Origin: Candidatus Woesearchaeota archaeon
Lineage (GTDB): Archaea > Nanobdellota > Nanobdellia > Woesearchaeales > GW2011-AR9
DNA: 64,000 nt
Direction of reading: 5' to 3'
Assembly (NCBI GenBank): GCA_018302605.1
Contig: JAGVZN010000025.1
Location: 2,693 to 66,692, forward strand
Each line of letters opens with the position of its first letter. Position 1 is the stretch's first letter. The position numbers and the translations under genes are program-made. The notes under the pieces were generated by a model, which did no database searches, was not told the origin of the DNA, and saw nothing but the letters and a program-made list of their open reading frames with translations. Shown here piece after piece: positions 9,187-18,498 of the stretch.

Positions 9187-9816
9187 ATGCTCCGTAAAAG
9201 TCTTGCCTCCTTTGCCCTGCTTTCCAGTTTAGTGCTGGGGCAAGGTTGTCCATACTTGTATCGTCAGGAAAACGCACTCACCGAACAACTCACTGAACAG
9301 CAGCAGAAGAATAAAACAGCCGTCCTGCTGATCGATATGCAGGATTATTTTCTGAAAGATGTCGCGGAAGCCGAGCTGGAAAAAGAGATTCCTCATCAAA
9401 TTGCCGTCTTGCGCTACGCGCAGCAGCACGGCTTGCCGATTTATGTCTTAGAATTGGAACGGCCGCAAAACGATGACCGCAAAGAAACAACTCAGCGTCT
9501 GAAAATGGTTCTGAATGACGGCCACTATCGTACGATCATCAAGCGGGAGAAAAATGGGTTTCAGAAAACAAACTTAGAATCACTTCTCTCCCGGGGCGGG
9601 GTTGAACAGCTGGTCTTGATGGGTGTTTATGCTTCATTCTGCGTGCAAAGCACAGCTCGAGGCGCGATTGAACGCGGCTATTCAATCATCACCAGCCCAG
9701 AGTTGATCGCCGACGCTGCGGAAGCAGAAGGATATTACGAATCTATTGATTGGTATGAACGAAAAGGCAAAGTTTTTGCGACGCATGAGAAATTGTTAGA
9801 GTACCTGAAAGAGTAG
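9187..9816 (+). CDS. isochorismatase-family cysteine hydrolase, lipoprotein-like signal
   Basis: AVLLIDMQDYF and LVLMGVYASFCVQSTARGA motifs. N-terminal LVLGQGC lipobox-like sequence. Confidence 0.75.
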   Translation: MLRKSLASFALLSSLVLGQGCPYLYRQENALTEQLTEQQQKNKTAVLLIDMQDYFLKDVAEAELEKEIPHQIAVLRYAQQHGLPIYVLELERPQNDDRKETTQRLKMVLNDGHYRTIIKREKNGFQKTNLESLLSRGGVEQLVLMGVYASFCVQSTARGAIERGYSIITSPELIADAAEAEGYYESIDWYERKGKVFATHEKLLEYLKE

Positions 9817-9823
9817 GAAATTA

Positions 9824-9979
9824 GTATTTGTTTAGCTTTTCCGGCAGGCCGCGCATCCGAGCGGAAATCTGCAAAGGTATTTTCTGCTTCTCGCTGTGAA
9901 CCAGAAGATTTCCGCGCCAAGCTAGGAACAAAATCTCTTCAGATGCGCATCTTGGCCTTGCCGCCAGCTAAACAAATAC
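9824..9979 (-). mobile_element. MITE-like hairpin element, family C copy 1 (156 nt)
   Basis: Termini GTATTTGTTTAGCT...AGCTAAACAAATAC. A perfect 8-bp direct repeat GGAAATTA sits at 9816-9823 and 9980-9987. The element lies between two convergent stop codons. Confidence 0.75.
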
Positions 9980-9984
9980 GGAAA

Positions 9985-10278
9985 TTATTTTCCCTCAGCA
10001 CTCTCTTCTGATCCTTCAACTCTTGCTTCTAACGCCGAAAGCTGACCACGTAAACTTTGATTGATGTATTGCAAATCCTCGATCGTTTCTCTGTGCTCTC
10101 TAGCTCTGTGCCTTTCTGAAGAAGCAATCGCTAATCCGCCGATAGTTGACAGAACGTATTCTTTTGTCAGAAGACCACCCACTAACCAACCATAACCAGC
10201 TACTTCTATTAATAGACCAAACTTATCCGTTCGTCGGAACCAATCTTTCCCTTGTGTGTACATCTCATGTAAAGTCAT
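9985..10278 (-). CDS. hypothetical small membrane protein (97 aa)
   Basis: ORF immediately downstream of rtcB, with one hydrophobic segment and a coiled C-terminus. Confidence 0.5.
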   Translation of the reverse strand: MTLHEMYTQGKDWFRRTDKFGLLIEVAGYGWLVGGLLTKEYVLSTIGGLAIASSERHRAREHRETIEDLQYINQSLRGQLSALEARVEGSEESAEGK

Positions 10279-10290
10279 TTTCTGTCCACT

Positions 10291-11793
10291 TTACCCCTTC
10301 ACATTGCCGATTGGCTTCAACGCCACGACCGGCCGGGTAATCCCCGCTTGATCTAAAGTATCGACAACAACGTCAATGTCTTTATACGCTTCTCCTGCTT
10401 CTTCGGCCAAACCTTTCATCGTTACGGCATGAACATAGATTCCCCGTTGTTCCATATCGTGCTGTAATTTTTCGCCTTTGATCGTACGCATCGCCTGCGC
10501 TCGGCTCATCGTCCTTCCAGCGCCATGGGCCGTAGAGGCAAAAGTCGTATCGGCGCTGTCCGTCCCTAAGAGAAGATATGATCCAGTTTCCATTGACCCG
10601 CCAAGGATGATCGGCTGGCCAATTTTTTGATATTCTGCCGGTAGATCTTTTGCCCGGGCTGGGCCAAAAGCGCGTGTTGCTCCTTTGCGATGGACGAGCA
10701 ATGTTTTTTCTTTTCCGTCAATGACATATTTTTCTAACTTGGCAATATTGTGAGCGACATCATATACAAGGTTCATTTCCATCTCTTCTGCCGTCCGGCC
10801 CAAAACCTTGCTGAATACTTCACGGATGCGGTGCGTGATGACTTGCCTGTTGGCAAACGCCATATTCGCCGCACAGGCCATCGCTTTAAAATAATCTTGT
10901 CCTTCCGGCGAATAAAATGGCGCACAGGCCAATTCTTTGTCGCGGATTTCAATGCCATATTGAGGCATGACATCTAAAAAGAGCCGTAGATAATCTGTAC
11001 CGACCTGATGGCCCATGCCTCTGCTGCCGCAATGGACCATCACGACAATCTGTCCCGGCTTGCTAATTCCCATCACTTTAGCTGCTTCTTTGTCAAAAAT
11101 ATTCTCTTCTTTCACGACTTGGATTTCTAGATAGTGATTACCGCTTCCTAAAGTTCCCAACTGATCAAAGCCGCGCTTGATCGCCCGATCTGTTACTTTG
11201 CTGGGATCCGCCCAGGTGATTTTCCCGTGATCTTCGATATGTTCGATATCGCGCGGCGTGGCCAAGCCTTTCTTCAGACACCATTGTGCACCGTCACGCA
11301 TGACTTCTTGGAATTCTTCTTTAGAAATCTTGATAAAGCCTTTACAGCCGACGCCTGCCGGGACAGCTTTGTATAATTCATCAACTAACTGCTTGATCTT
11401 TGGCTGAACTTGATCGATAGTCAGATTTGTCGTCATCAGGCGCATACCGCAATTGATATCAAAACCGATGCCGCCGGGCGAGATGATGCCTCCGGCATCG
11501 ACATCAAACGCGGCAACTCCACCGATCGGAAAACCATAACCCCAGTGGCCGTCAGGCATACAATAGGCATAGCCAATAATGCCCGGTAGTGTGGCTACAT
11601 TGGTCACTTGTTCAAAAACACCCGCATCCATGCTCTTGATCAATTCTTCGTTGGCAATAATTCGTGCGGGAACGCGCATCCCTTTCTTGTACGATATTGG
11701 CAATTCCCAAGTCGTATCATTGATCTTCTTTAATTCTGGCGGAGGGCCGGCGGGTTTTTGGTCATGTTCCATAGTCTGGTTGTTCTTTGGCAT
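10291..11793 (-). CDS. rtcB: RNA-splicing ligase RtcB (tRNA exon ligase)
   Basis: Full-length match to the RtcB pattern (GFDINCG, HCGSRGMGHQ, HGAGR). The start may be the second ATG at 11772, given the TATA box at 11797-11806. Confidence 0.9.
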   Translation of the reverse strand: MPKNNQTMEHDQKPAGPPPELKKINDTTWELPISYKKGMRVPARIIANEELIKSMDAGVFEQVTNVATLPGIIGYAYCMPDGHWGYGFPIGGVAAFDVDAGGIISPGGIGFDINCGMRLMTTNLTIDQVQPKIKQLVDELYKAVPAGVGCKGFIKISKEEFQEVMRDGAQWCLKKGLATPRDIEHIEDHGKITWADPSKVTDRAIKRGFDQLGTLGSGNHYLEIQVVKEENIFDKEAAKVMGISKPGQIVVMVHCGSRGMGHQVGTDYLRLFLDVMPQYGIEIRDKELACAPFYSPEGQDYFKAMACAANMAFANRQVITHRIREVFSKVLGRTAEEMEMNLVYDVAHNIAKLEKYVIDGKEKTLLVHRKGATRAFGPARAKDLPAEYQKIGQPIILGGSMETGSYLLLGTDSADTTFASTAHGAGRTMSRAQAMRTIKGEKLQHDMEQRGIYVHAVTMKGLAEEAGEAYKDIDVVVDTLDQAGITRPVVALKPIGNVKG

Positions 11794-11796
11794 TTC

Positions 11797-11806
11797 TATT
11801 TAAAGG
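11797..11806 (-). promoter_or_regulatory. TATA-like box (TATTTAAAGG) upstream of rtcB, palindromic core
   Basis: It lies about 25 nt upstream of the ATG at 11772 and 13 nt from the start of element A2 on the other side. Confidence 0.4.
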
Positions 11807-11818
11807 TTTCTTCGAGAA

Positions 11819-11981
11819 AAGCTTAGGAGAAAAAGTCGTCCGCTTGGCCTGAAGATTGAGCGTGGGAAGCGATTTACAGGAACAGGTGTGAAAACCAGCG
11901 ACGGGAATAGCTCGTACGCAACCATCCACACCACCGGTTTTCGCCACGGTCAATGGCCAGGAGGACTTTTTCTCCAGAGCC
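11819..11981 (+). mobile_element. MITE-like hairpin element, family A copy 2 (163 nt)
   Basis: Homologous to 3632-3791. It is flanked by TTCGAGAA (11811-11818) and TTCGGGAA (11982-11989). Confidence 0.7.
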
Positions 11982-12074
11982 TTCGGGAAGGCACAATCTT
12001 TTTTGTGAGTGATAGTGAGCCGCTTATTCGTTTTGAATGTGAATTTTTATAAATAATCCCCCCAAAAGGTCGTC

Positions 12075-12839
12075 ATGACACATTATTATCCAAAATTAGG
12101 TGAAATCCTGCGGGGAACAAATGGTGGAAGCAAAGTCGTCCTTAACCAGCATTTTGTGGACTGGCAAGAGCGGATAGAAGACCATCTGAAATTCCGACGG
12201 AGAGACAAAAGGTATTATCATGATGATGATAATGAAACTGCCCTCTTTCGCTATGCTCAGGAACATCAGGATCACTACGGGAAAGCCCTCTCCGGCCAGG
12301 AAGCGTTGGTTTTAATCCACCCTTTGTACCTTCCGTTAAGCCACCCGTATCTCTTGAAAGAAAAAAAGCATCAAACAGAAGCTGAGGACTATCTTCACAC
12401 TCTCTTGCAATTTTTGCAAAAGAGAAAACAGAAAGAGGATAAAGATGTTGGTGTTATTCTTTTTGATACGTTGTACCACTATACTGCGGCCAGCAGCCTT
12501 CTTCTGGAACAAGGCCTGGTTGATGTCGTGCTCTTTACGCTGTATGATGAAGGCGCTCTCTATAGAAACGAGGATATACACTCATTGAACAGAAAAACCG
12601 TCTTCGCCGGCGGCGCGTATAATGGCAAATGTTTTAGCGCGGGAATTGGTGCGTTATGGGGCGTGGTTGATAAGAGTTCGTTGTGGACAATTCCGGAAAT
12701 CATTCTCGATAGTCCTCAGAAATTGTCTGCTTCCCAGAGCTTAAGAGCAAACTGGATCAATTGCAAACGCTATGGTTATCCCATTCCCCATGAACAAGAA
12801 ATCTCTTTAGAACAGCTTGCTCAACGCTGGGGTATCTGA
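12075..12839 (+). CDS. hypothetical protein (254 aa)
   Basis: ORF with a TTTTTATAAATA box about 25 nt upstream. No confident motif. Confidence 0.55.
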   Translation: MTHYYPKLGEILRGTNGGSKVVLNQHFVDWQERIEDHLKFRRRDKRYYHDDDNETALFRYAQEHQDHYGKALSGQEALVLIHPLYLPLSHPYLLKEKKHQTEAEDYLHTLLQFLQKRKQKEDKDVGVILFDTLYHYTAASSLLLEQGLVDVVLFTLYDEGALYRNEDIHSLNRKTVFAGGAYNGKCFSAGIGALWGVVDKSSLWTIPEIILDSPQKLSASQSLRANWINCKRYGYPIPHEQEISLEQLAQRWGI

Positions 12840-12951
12840 ACTGATTGGAAGATCACAAATAAAAATCCCCACCACCGGAAGCAATTGGGTATCATCACAA
12901 ATCAATCATTTTTCCATAATTCTTTTAAAACACGGCCATTATCCCTCGCAG

Positions 12952-13548
12952 ATGCTTACCAAACAAGAATTATTCCGGCAGATCCTGCATATCGCCGTGG
13001 GAATCAGCACCGTTGCCCTTCTTTATTATAACATCCTCAGTTCACTTTCCCTGCTTTTGCTGATCATCAGCGGGATCATCGCCAGCTTCATCAGCAAGCG
13101 CAAAAATCTTCCCCTCTTCAATTTCTTTCTGATCCATTTAGAACGGGAAGAACAGAGAAAAACCTTTCCCGGGCGGGGACTGATTTTCTTTTTCATCGGG
13201 GCACTATTGGTAATAAAGCTCTTTCCTCGAGACATCGCTTACGCTTCAATCATGGTTCTGGCTTTTGGCGATTCCATCAGCCACATCATCGGGGAGCGTT
13301 TCGGTCAGATAAAAAATATCTTTAACGGCAACAGCAAGAAACTCTTTGAAGGGACGATCGCCGGCGCTCTTGTTGGTTTTCTCGCGGCAGCGATCTTTGT
13401 CCCGTTCACCCAAGCCTTTCTCGGCAGTTTTGCCGCGATGATCGCCGAGGTGATCGAAATTGACTTTAACCAGAAACCGTTAGATGACAATGTTGTCGTT
13501 CCTTTAGTTGCCGGGACCGTGATGTATTTGATCCAGATCTATCTGTGA
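12952..13548 (+). CDS. CTP-dependent polyprenol/dolichol kinase-like membrane protein (CTP_transf_1 family)
   Basis: FGDSISHIIGERFG...K.FEGTIAG motif and multiple TM helices. ATG at 12952 lies 22 nt after a TTTTAAAA box; the longer track ORF starts at 12817. Confidence 0.5.
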   Translation: MLTKQELFRQILHIAVGISTVALLYYNILSSLSLLLLIISGIIASFISKRKNLPLFNFFLIHLEREEQRKTFPGRGLIFFFIGALLVIKLFPRDIAYASIMVLAFGDSISHIIGERFGQIKNIFNGNSKKLFEGTIAGALVGFLAAAIFVPFTQAFLGSFAAMIAEVIEIDFNQKPLDDNVVVPLVAGTVMYLIQIYL

Positions 13549-14241
13549 TTTTTCACCCCCGGCCAAAGCCAGCTTTACGACTTTATATCCTTTCTTCCCG
13601 GCTAACCCAAGATGTCCTGTAGCAATCCGATAATGGGTGATATTCTCCTGTTCCAGTGGCAGACGGCTTCGTTCTTCGGACACGACCTCATCACGCGTTC
13701 CCTGGACCACCGTATATTTGATTTCTTCCGGAAGGCCGTCTTCCAGCAATCGCTGAAGATAAGCACTTCCCGGAAGCAGCTGTTCGGCGCTCTTTCCGAT
13801 TCCCAGACGTGCTTTCTGCGTCCCGCCAAAAGGTGTTCCCAAAAAAGTTGCCGTCGCCACAAGTTCGGGAACGATCCGTGACGCATCACAGGTTATCAAG
13901 CCGCCCATGCTGTGCGCAACGAGATGAAGTTTTCGTGGAGAATCCTGGCGCTGATGATATTGGCGGATTGTCTTTACCATCCTCAGCCCCACTTTCTCCA
14001 GATCACCCAGAAACCAATAATAGATGGGAATGACATTGAACTGCTGTTCATACAACTTTGTGGCGATATATTCTAACGAACGCCCGCGCGCACCGTACCC
14101 ATGGGTCAGTAAAACGGTTTCTTTTTCAGGATGAAAAGGGAAAGTCAGTCTTCCCCCTGCTTCTTTCCCGTAATAGATAATCTGTGAACCAAGATGGTCT
14201 AATTCAGCAAAAATACTTTTAATCCTTTCGGTTAAACCCAT
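13504..14241 (-). CDS. alpha/beta hydrolase (lipase/esterase-like)
   Basis: GxSxG nucleophile elbow (AHSMGG) and HGYGARG. The start is taken at the ATG at 14241 (MGLTERI), downstream of a TATA-like box. Confidence 0.65.
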   Translation of the reverse strand: MGLTERIKSIFAELDHLGSQIIYYGKEAGGRLTFPFHPEKETVLLTHGYGARGRSLEYIATKLYEQQFNVIPIYYWFLGDLEKVGLRMVKTIRQYHQRQDSPRKLHLVAHSMGGLITCDASRIVPELVATATFLGTPFGGTQKARLGIGKSAEQLLPGSAYLQRLLEDGLPEEIKYTVVQGTRDEVVSEERSRLPLEQENITHYRIATGHLGLAGKKGYKVVKLALAGGEKSQIDLDQIHHGPGN

Positions 14242-14386
14242 CTTAAGCTGGAAGCGGGGAGGGCTTAAAAATCTTAGGCATATGCTGTTAAAAGTGTCAA
14301 GCTGTAGTGAAACGCACTGAGTGGACAGATACAATAGCCACAGCACAACCACAATCCTTTTAAATCACCTTTCTCTTTACCTTGCT

Positions 14387-14755
14387 ATGGCACAGCCCGC
14401 AAAAAAGAAAAAAGAGTCAACTGACGAAGTATATCCTGCTGAAGAACAAGGCATCCTTCCCCGTGAAACTGAAGATGGACAGGAAGAAGCCATGGCTCTT
14501 GGCGAAGAAGATGAAGAAGTCTATTCCAAAAAAGGCCGGGAATTGCTTGAAGAAGATGACGAGCTTGAACCTTGGGAAGAAGGCTTTATGGAAGGCGCTA
14601 CTGATGCCGGCCAATTGGGGAAAGATGCGCTTACCGGCGAGCCGTTGATGGACGTGGAAGATGTCTCTGAATTGGAATTTGATGGAAAGTTATATCGGTT
14701 TGTCAACGAAGAGAATGCGCAGAAATTCTTAAAGAAGCAGAAAGAGAAAAAGTAG
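14387..14755 (+). CDS. acidic hypothetical protein with a YHS-like C-terminal segment lacking Cys
   Basis: ATG at 14387 lies 25 nt after CTTTTAAATC. The protein is E/D-rich. The domain call is weak. Confidence 0.45.
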   Translation: MAQPAKKKKESTDEVYPAEEQGILPRETEDGQEEAMALGEEDEEVYSKKGRELLEEDDELEPWEEGFMEGATDAGQLGKDALTGEPLMDVEDVSELEFDGKLYRFVNEENAQKFLKKQKEKK

Positions 14756-14840
14756 AGCTATTGGTTTAAAAAAAAGTTTAAGAAGTTAAATGAAGTAAGA
14801 AATCAAATAAAGATAATCTAATTTATTTCTCACTCTAAAA

Positions 14841-16013
14841 TCATCTACTTTTCACTCTCCTACCCTGCGTCTTCCGGAACATCTTTTGAACTTCATTCTT
14901 TGCACCATCAAAGGCTTTTCGTAAAGCCGTAATGATTTCCCAATCGGTAGCAGTCGCCTCCACTAATTTACCAGGATAATCAACACGCAGAGTCACGGAA
15001 TATTTCCGCCGGGCACCATCCCGATCGTATGACTTGAAATGCAGGTGCAGTTTGAAATCATTATGGATCAACCGCTGCAGCTTAAAGCTTTCATTTGCCG
15101 CCACCTTCTGGACACTTTCTTTTTCATAGGCTGTTACGTTCACATCATTGAGCCCGAGAAATTGGATATTGAAATTCTGCGGCACTTCCAGGCTGGCCAC
15201 ATAACGCAGGAGGTCTTTGGCCGTCAATAATCCAACATATTCTTTCCCGGAATAGACCGGCAAAGCAGAAATATTATGGCGGTTCATCATGCTTACCGCA
15301 TCGCGGAAGCGATCTTTAAGATCGATCGTTTTGATATTTTCGTTTGTACTAAACGAGGAAACGGGCAGATTTGCCACCGTCGGAACATCTGCTTCCGCCG
15401 AACGCGTGCCGCCTTTCTCTTTCTTCATCTTGGCGGAAGATTCGCGTTTTGCCGGCCAACGCGTATATTTTTGCAGAATGTCTTGATAACTTAAGATACC
15501 CGCTACGCCCTGTGCGTCAAAGACCGGAAGCTCATCAATTTTCTCTGTGAACATCAGCTTTAAGGCTTTCGATAATGGGTCGTTCCTCATGATCCGGGTG
15601 TTTTTAAGGATACGCAAGTCGCCGACACGGACATCGTTTGTCTCGGGTATTTCTGCCGCTAAATTCAGCAGGGCGAGCACTGGAAGCACGCCAACAATCT
15701 TGTTCGCGCTGACTACGGGTACAAGATCAGCATTGCTTTGATGCAAAGAGTAGGCTGTTTCAATGACATCCGCATGCTCATTAATGACCGGTGCGGCGTG
15801 GAGATAATTTCCAATTTTTGTCCGGACCGGATCAAGATTTACCCGTAATAATTTTTTCTTTTCCACCAGCCCCACGAATTTCCCGCCCCGAAAGACGAGG
15901 CCGGAACGAGAGCCTGTTTTCTGTAATGCGCCGATCATTTCGGAGACGCTCATCTCTGTGTCAAAACGAAGAAAATTTTTATTGATACCCGCCGTAATAT
16001 CCATAATAAACAC
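14841..16013 (-). CDS. CBS-domain protein (about 4 CBS repeats) fused to a ribosome hibernation factor (HPF/RaiA)-like C-terminal domain
   Basis: Repeated CBS-like segments. The C-terminal pattern YSVTLRVDYPGKLVEATATDWEIITALRKAFDGAKNEVQK resembles HPF/S30AE proteins. Confidence 0.7.
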   Translation of the reverse strand: MFIMDITAGINKNFLRFDTEMSVSEMIGALQKTGSRSGLVFRGGKFVGLVEKKKLLRVNLDPVRTKIGNYLHAAPVINEHADVIETAYSLHQSNADLVPVVSANKIVGVLPVLALLNLAAEIPETNDVRVGDLRILKNTRIMRNDPLSKALKLMFTEKIDELPVFDAQGVAGILSYQDILQKYTRWPAKRESSAKMKKEKGGTRSAEADVPTVANLPVSSFSTNENIKTIDLKDRFRDAVSMMNRHNISALPVYSGKEYVGLLTAKDLLRYVASLEVPQNFNIQFLGLNDVNVTAYEKESVQKVAANESFKLQRLIHNDFKLHLHFKSYDRDGARRKYSVTLRVDYPGKLVEATATDWEIITALRKAFDGAKNEVQKMFRKTQGRRVKSR

Positions 16014-16107
16014 CCCGCTATTTCTTGAGTGGAAGAGGGAGAGGAAGAAGTATTTAAAGGATTCGCTTAGTAAACTTTATAAAGAAAAAGCCTCCTCACA
16101 AAGAATC

Positions 16108-16566
16108 ATGGTCATGATCTTAGATTATAAAGATGGCGCATTGACCGCTCGTAATCTCGATCGGGATATTGGTTTCTCAACCCTCTTCTTTGACATGGGC
16201 AGTGTGGGAGCCATAGACCGGCACAGAATGGATCTCGTCTGCCAGTATTTTCCCAGAACACCGAGTGGGCCGCAATTTTTTCAAAACCAAGACTACCAGC
16301 GGAATGGGCCCGCTGATTTGGCGCGGGGATGGAAAGCGCTGGTAGATCATGTGAATGGACTCGACGGGGTTTATGTTACTTTTTCGAGTGTAGATGATTC
16401 ATTAGGTAATGACGGGGCCAGAACTTTTTTATCTTTTTTAGAGCCTCAAAGAATAGAATTGAAAAGATTAGCGGATATGGGTAATCGGAGCGAATATACT
16501 CACATTCAAAGATCGACTTCCCCAGCTAAGGGCCTGAATGACGCTTCCCTACGTCGATATTATTAA
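16108..16566 (+). CDS. hypothetical protein (152 aa)
   Basis: ATG at 16108 lies about 26 nt after CTTTATAAAG. The track ORF start at 15958 overlaps the CBS gene. Confidence 0.4.
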   Translation: MVMILDYKDGALTARNLDRDIGFSTLFFDMGSVGAIDRHRMDLVCQYFPRTPSGPQFFQNQDYQRNGPADLARGWKALVDHVNGLDGVYVTFSSVDDSLGNDGARTFLSFLEPQRIELKRLADMGNRSEYTHIQRSTSPAKGLNDASLRRYY

Positions 16567-16586
16567 TCCGTTATTTCTTAATCCCC

Positions 16587-17039
16587 CTATCCCAATCTCT
16601 CCTGTTTCTCTTTCAGCGTATTGAGGATGAGTTTTGTTTCCGTCCGTTCAATAAAATCATAGGTCTGGATCTTCTTCAAGAACGAATCGAGCATCTTTCG
16701 GCTCTGGAATTTGGCGATGACCACACAATCAAAATTGCCGGTAACATCATAGACGGCAAAGACCTGCGGCTCAACCGCAATTTTTTGCTCGACTTCGAAG
16801 AGCTTCCCTTTAGAAATACGCAGACTAATGATCGCCTGAACGTCGTATCCCAATTTCTCGTAATCAAGTTCTGCCGTGAATCCTTTCAGGACCATTCTCT
16901 CCTGAAGTTCACGCATCCTCTTGAGGACAGTCACCGTAGAAATACCCATCTTTCGGGCGATTTCCCGGGCAGAGAGCCGAGAGTTTTGGAGGAGTATATT
17001 CACTAATTGTTTATCTATTTCATCTAATGAAGAGGTCAT
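16587..17039 (-). CDS. lrp: Lrp/AsnC family transcriptional regulator
   Basis: N-terminal HTH (LSAREIARKMGISTVTV) plus a RAM/AsnC_trans_reg domain. It is divergent from glutamine synthetase. Confidence 0.85.
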   Translation of the reverse strand: MTSSLDEIDKQLVNILLQNSRLSAREIARKMGISTVTVLKRMRELQERMVLKGFTAELDYEKLGYDVQAIISLRISKGKLFEVEQKIAVEPQVFAVYDVTGNFDCVVIAKFQSRKMLDSFLKKIQTYDFIERTETKLILNTLKEKQERLG

Positions 17040-17210
17040 TTTGTGCTAAACATTTGTTTATTTTGAGCGGGATAAACCCAGCAGGACAAAACAGATATTT
17101 AAAGATTGTGAAAATAATAAACAAAGGGAAACTATTCTTGTCAAAATATTAATATACTAGCAGAAAGTGGCTGAAGCATTAAACATAAGTTCAAATGGCG
17201 AGGTGTGAAT

Positions 17211-18230
17211 ATGAATGAAAAGAGAATTTGTGCAGAATACCTGTGGTTGGATGGAAATGAACCGCCGCAGATTCGCAGTAAAATGAAAGTTATGGAACAG
17301 CCGGGTGGGGGCACACCACTTGCGTCTCCTGAGTGGGGCTTTGATGGAAGCAGTACAAATCAGGCCTCCGGTGCTGATTCAGATTGTGTTTTAAAACCAG
17401 TACGGACATATCAGGACCCGATCCGCGCCGGAGGAAAAGGTGGTCATCGGTTAGTATTAAACGAAGTTTGTTTGTCCAACGGCAATCCTCATCCTTCCAA
17501 TACGCGAGCTGCTCTTTCTAAAGTAGTTGAGAGACATGCCGATGAGGGATTTTGGTTTGGGATAGAACAGGAATATACGCTGTTCAAAGACGGCCGTCCA
17601 CTCGGTTTTCCCGCGGGAGGATTTCCTGAACCGCAGGGGAAATATTATTGCGGTGTTGGCGCAGATAAGGCCTACGGCCGCGAATTGGTGGAACGCCATC
17701 TCCAGGCCTGTCTTGATGCAGATGTCTTAATTGCCGGAATCAATGGCGAAGTCATGCCCGGACAATGGGAGTTTCAGATCGGAACGGGCGATCCTTTACG
17801 TGTTGCCGACGATCTTGTCGTCGCTCGCTGGTTATTAGCTCGTCTGGGAGAAGACTATGGCATCAGTGTTTCTTTTGAGCCAAAACCACTGAAAGGCGAT
17901 TGGAACGGTGCGGGGGCGCATACCAATTTTTCAACGGCAGCGATGCGCGAAAGCAATGCCGGGTTTGATGCGATCATCGAAAAGCTACGCGCTCACCACG
18001 CCGAACACATTGGCGTGTACGGGCCAGGTATCGAAGAGCGGCTGACCGGCAAACACGAAACTTGCAGTTATCGAGAATTTCGGGCAGGTGTTTCTGACCG
18101 CGGGGCAAGCGTCCGTATCCCCTGGCAGGTTGAGCGTGATGGCCGAGGTTACATGGAAGACCGCCGGCCGTGTGCCAACATCGATCCGTATGTTGTGCTG
18201 GAAAGAATTATCAGGACGGTGAGTGAGTAG
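17211..18230 (+). CDS. glnA: glutamine synthetase, type II (eukaryote-like GSII)
   Basis: YLWLDG, WGFDGSSTNQA, GINGEVMPGQWEFQIG, DWNGAGAHTNFS and RLTGKHET..GVSDRGASVRIP motifs. ATG at 17211 follows GAGGTG. Confidence 0.85.
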   Translation: MNEKRICAEYLWLDGNEPPQIRSKMKVMEQPGGGTPLASPEWGFDGSSTNQASGADSDCVLKPVRTYQDPIRAGGKGGHRLVLNEVCLSNGNPHPSNTRAALSKVVERHADEGFWFGIEQEYTLFKDGRPLGFPAGGFPEPQGKYYCGVGADKAYGRELVERHLQACLDADVLIAGINGEVMPGQWEFQIGTGDPLRVADDLVVARWLLARLGEDYGISVSFEPKPLKGDWNGAGAHTNFSTAAMRESNAGFDAIIEKLRAHHAEHIGVYGPGIEERLTGKHETCSYREFRAGVSDRGASVRIPWQVERDGRGYMEDRRPCANIDPYVVLERIIRTVSE

Positions 18231-18498
18231 GATTTCTTGTTTTTTTGTTTTTTTTCTCGTTCCATCTGGAAGCAGGAAACGAGATAAAAATGCGAAAGAA
18301 CGAAATGATTTGGGATATGATTTATGGGCAAGAGAACATGGATATGGGCATCGCTGGAAGGCGACAGAAGGGATTTTTAGCGCAATTAAGCGCATCTTTG
18401 GAGAGCAAATTCATGCGAGGTCAGAGCTGGGGATGATTCAAGAAGCAAAAGTAAAGTTTTGGGCATATCAAAGGATGAAACGCCATGGCGAAGCGTAG
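18223..18498 (+). pseudogene. C-terminal fragment of a DDE transposase (IS remnant)
   Basis: YGHRWKATEGIFSAIKRIFGE...IQEAKVKFWAYQ matches the C-terminal signature of IS4/IS5-like archaeal transposases. The N-terminal catalytic part is absent. Confidence 0.5.

Noticed and set aside
11762-11953. ORF 11762-11953 (-), and likewise ORFs 44879-45073, 44901-45092 and 44960-45250
   Set aside because: They lie entirely within family A/B repeat elements. Their frames are not conserved between copies, and they lack promoter or start context.
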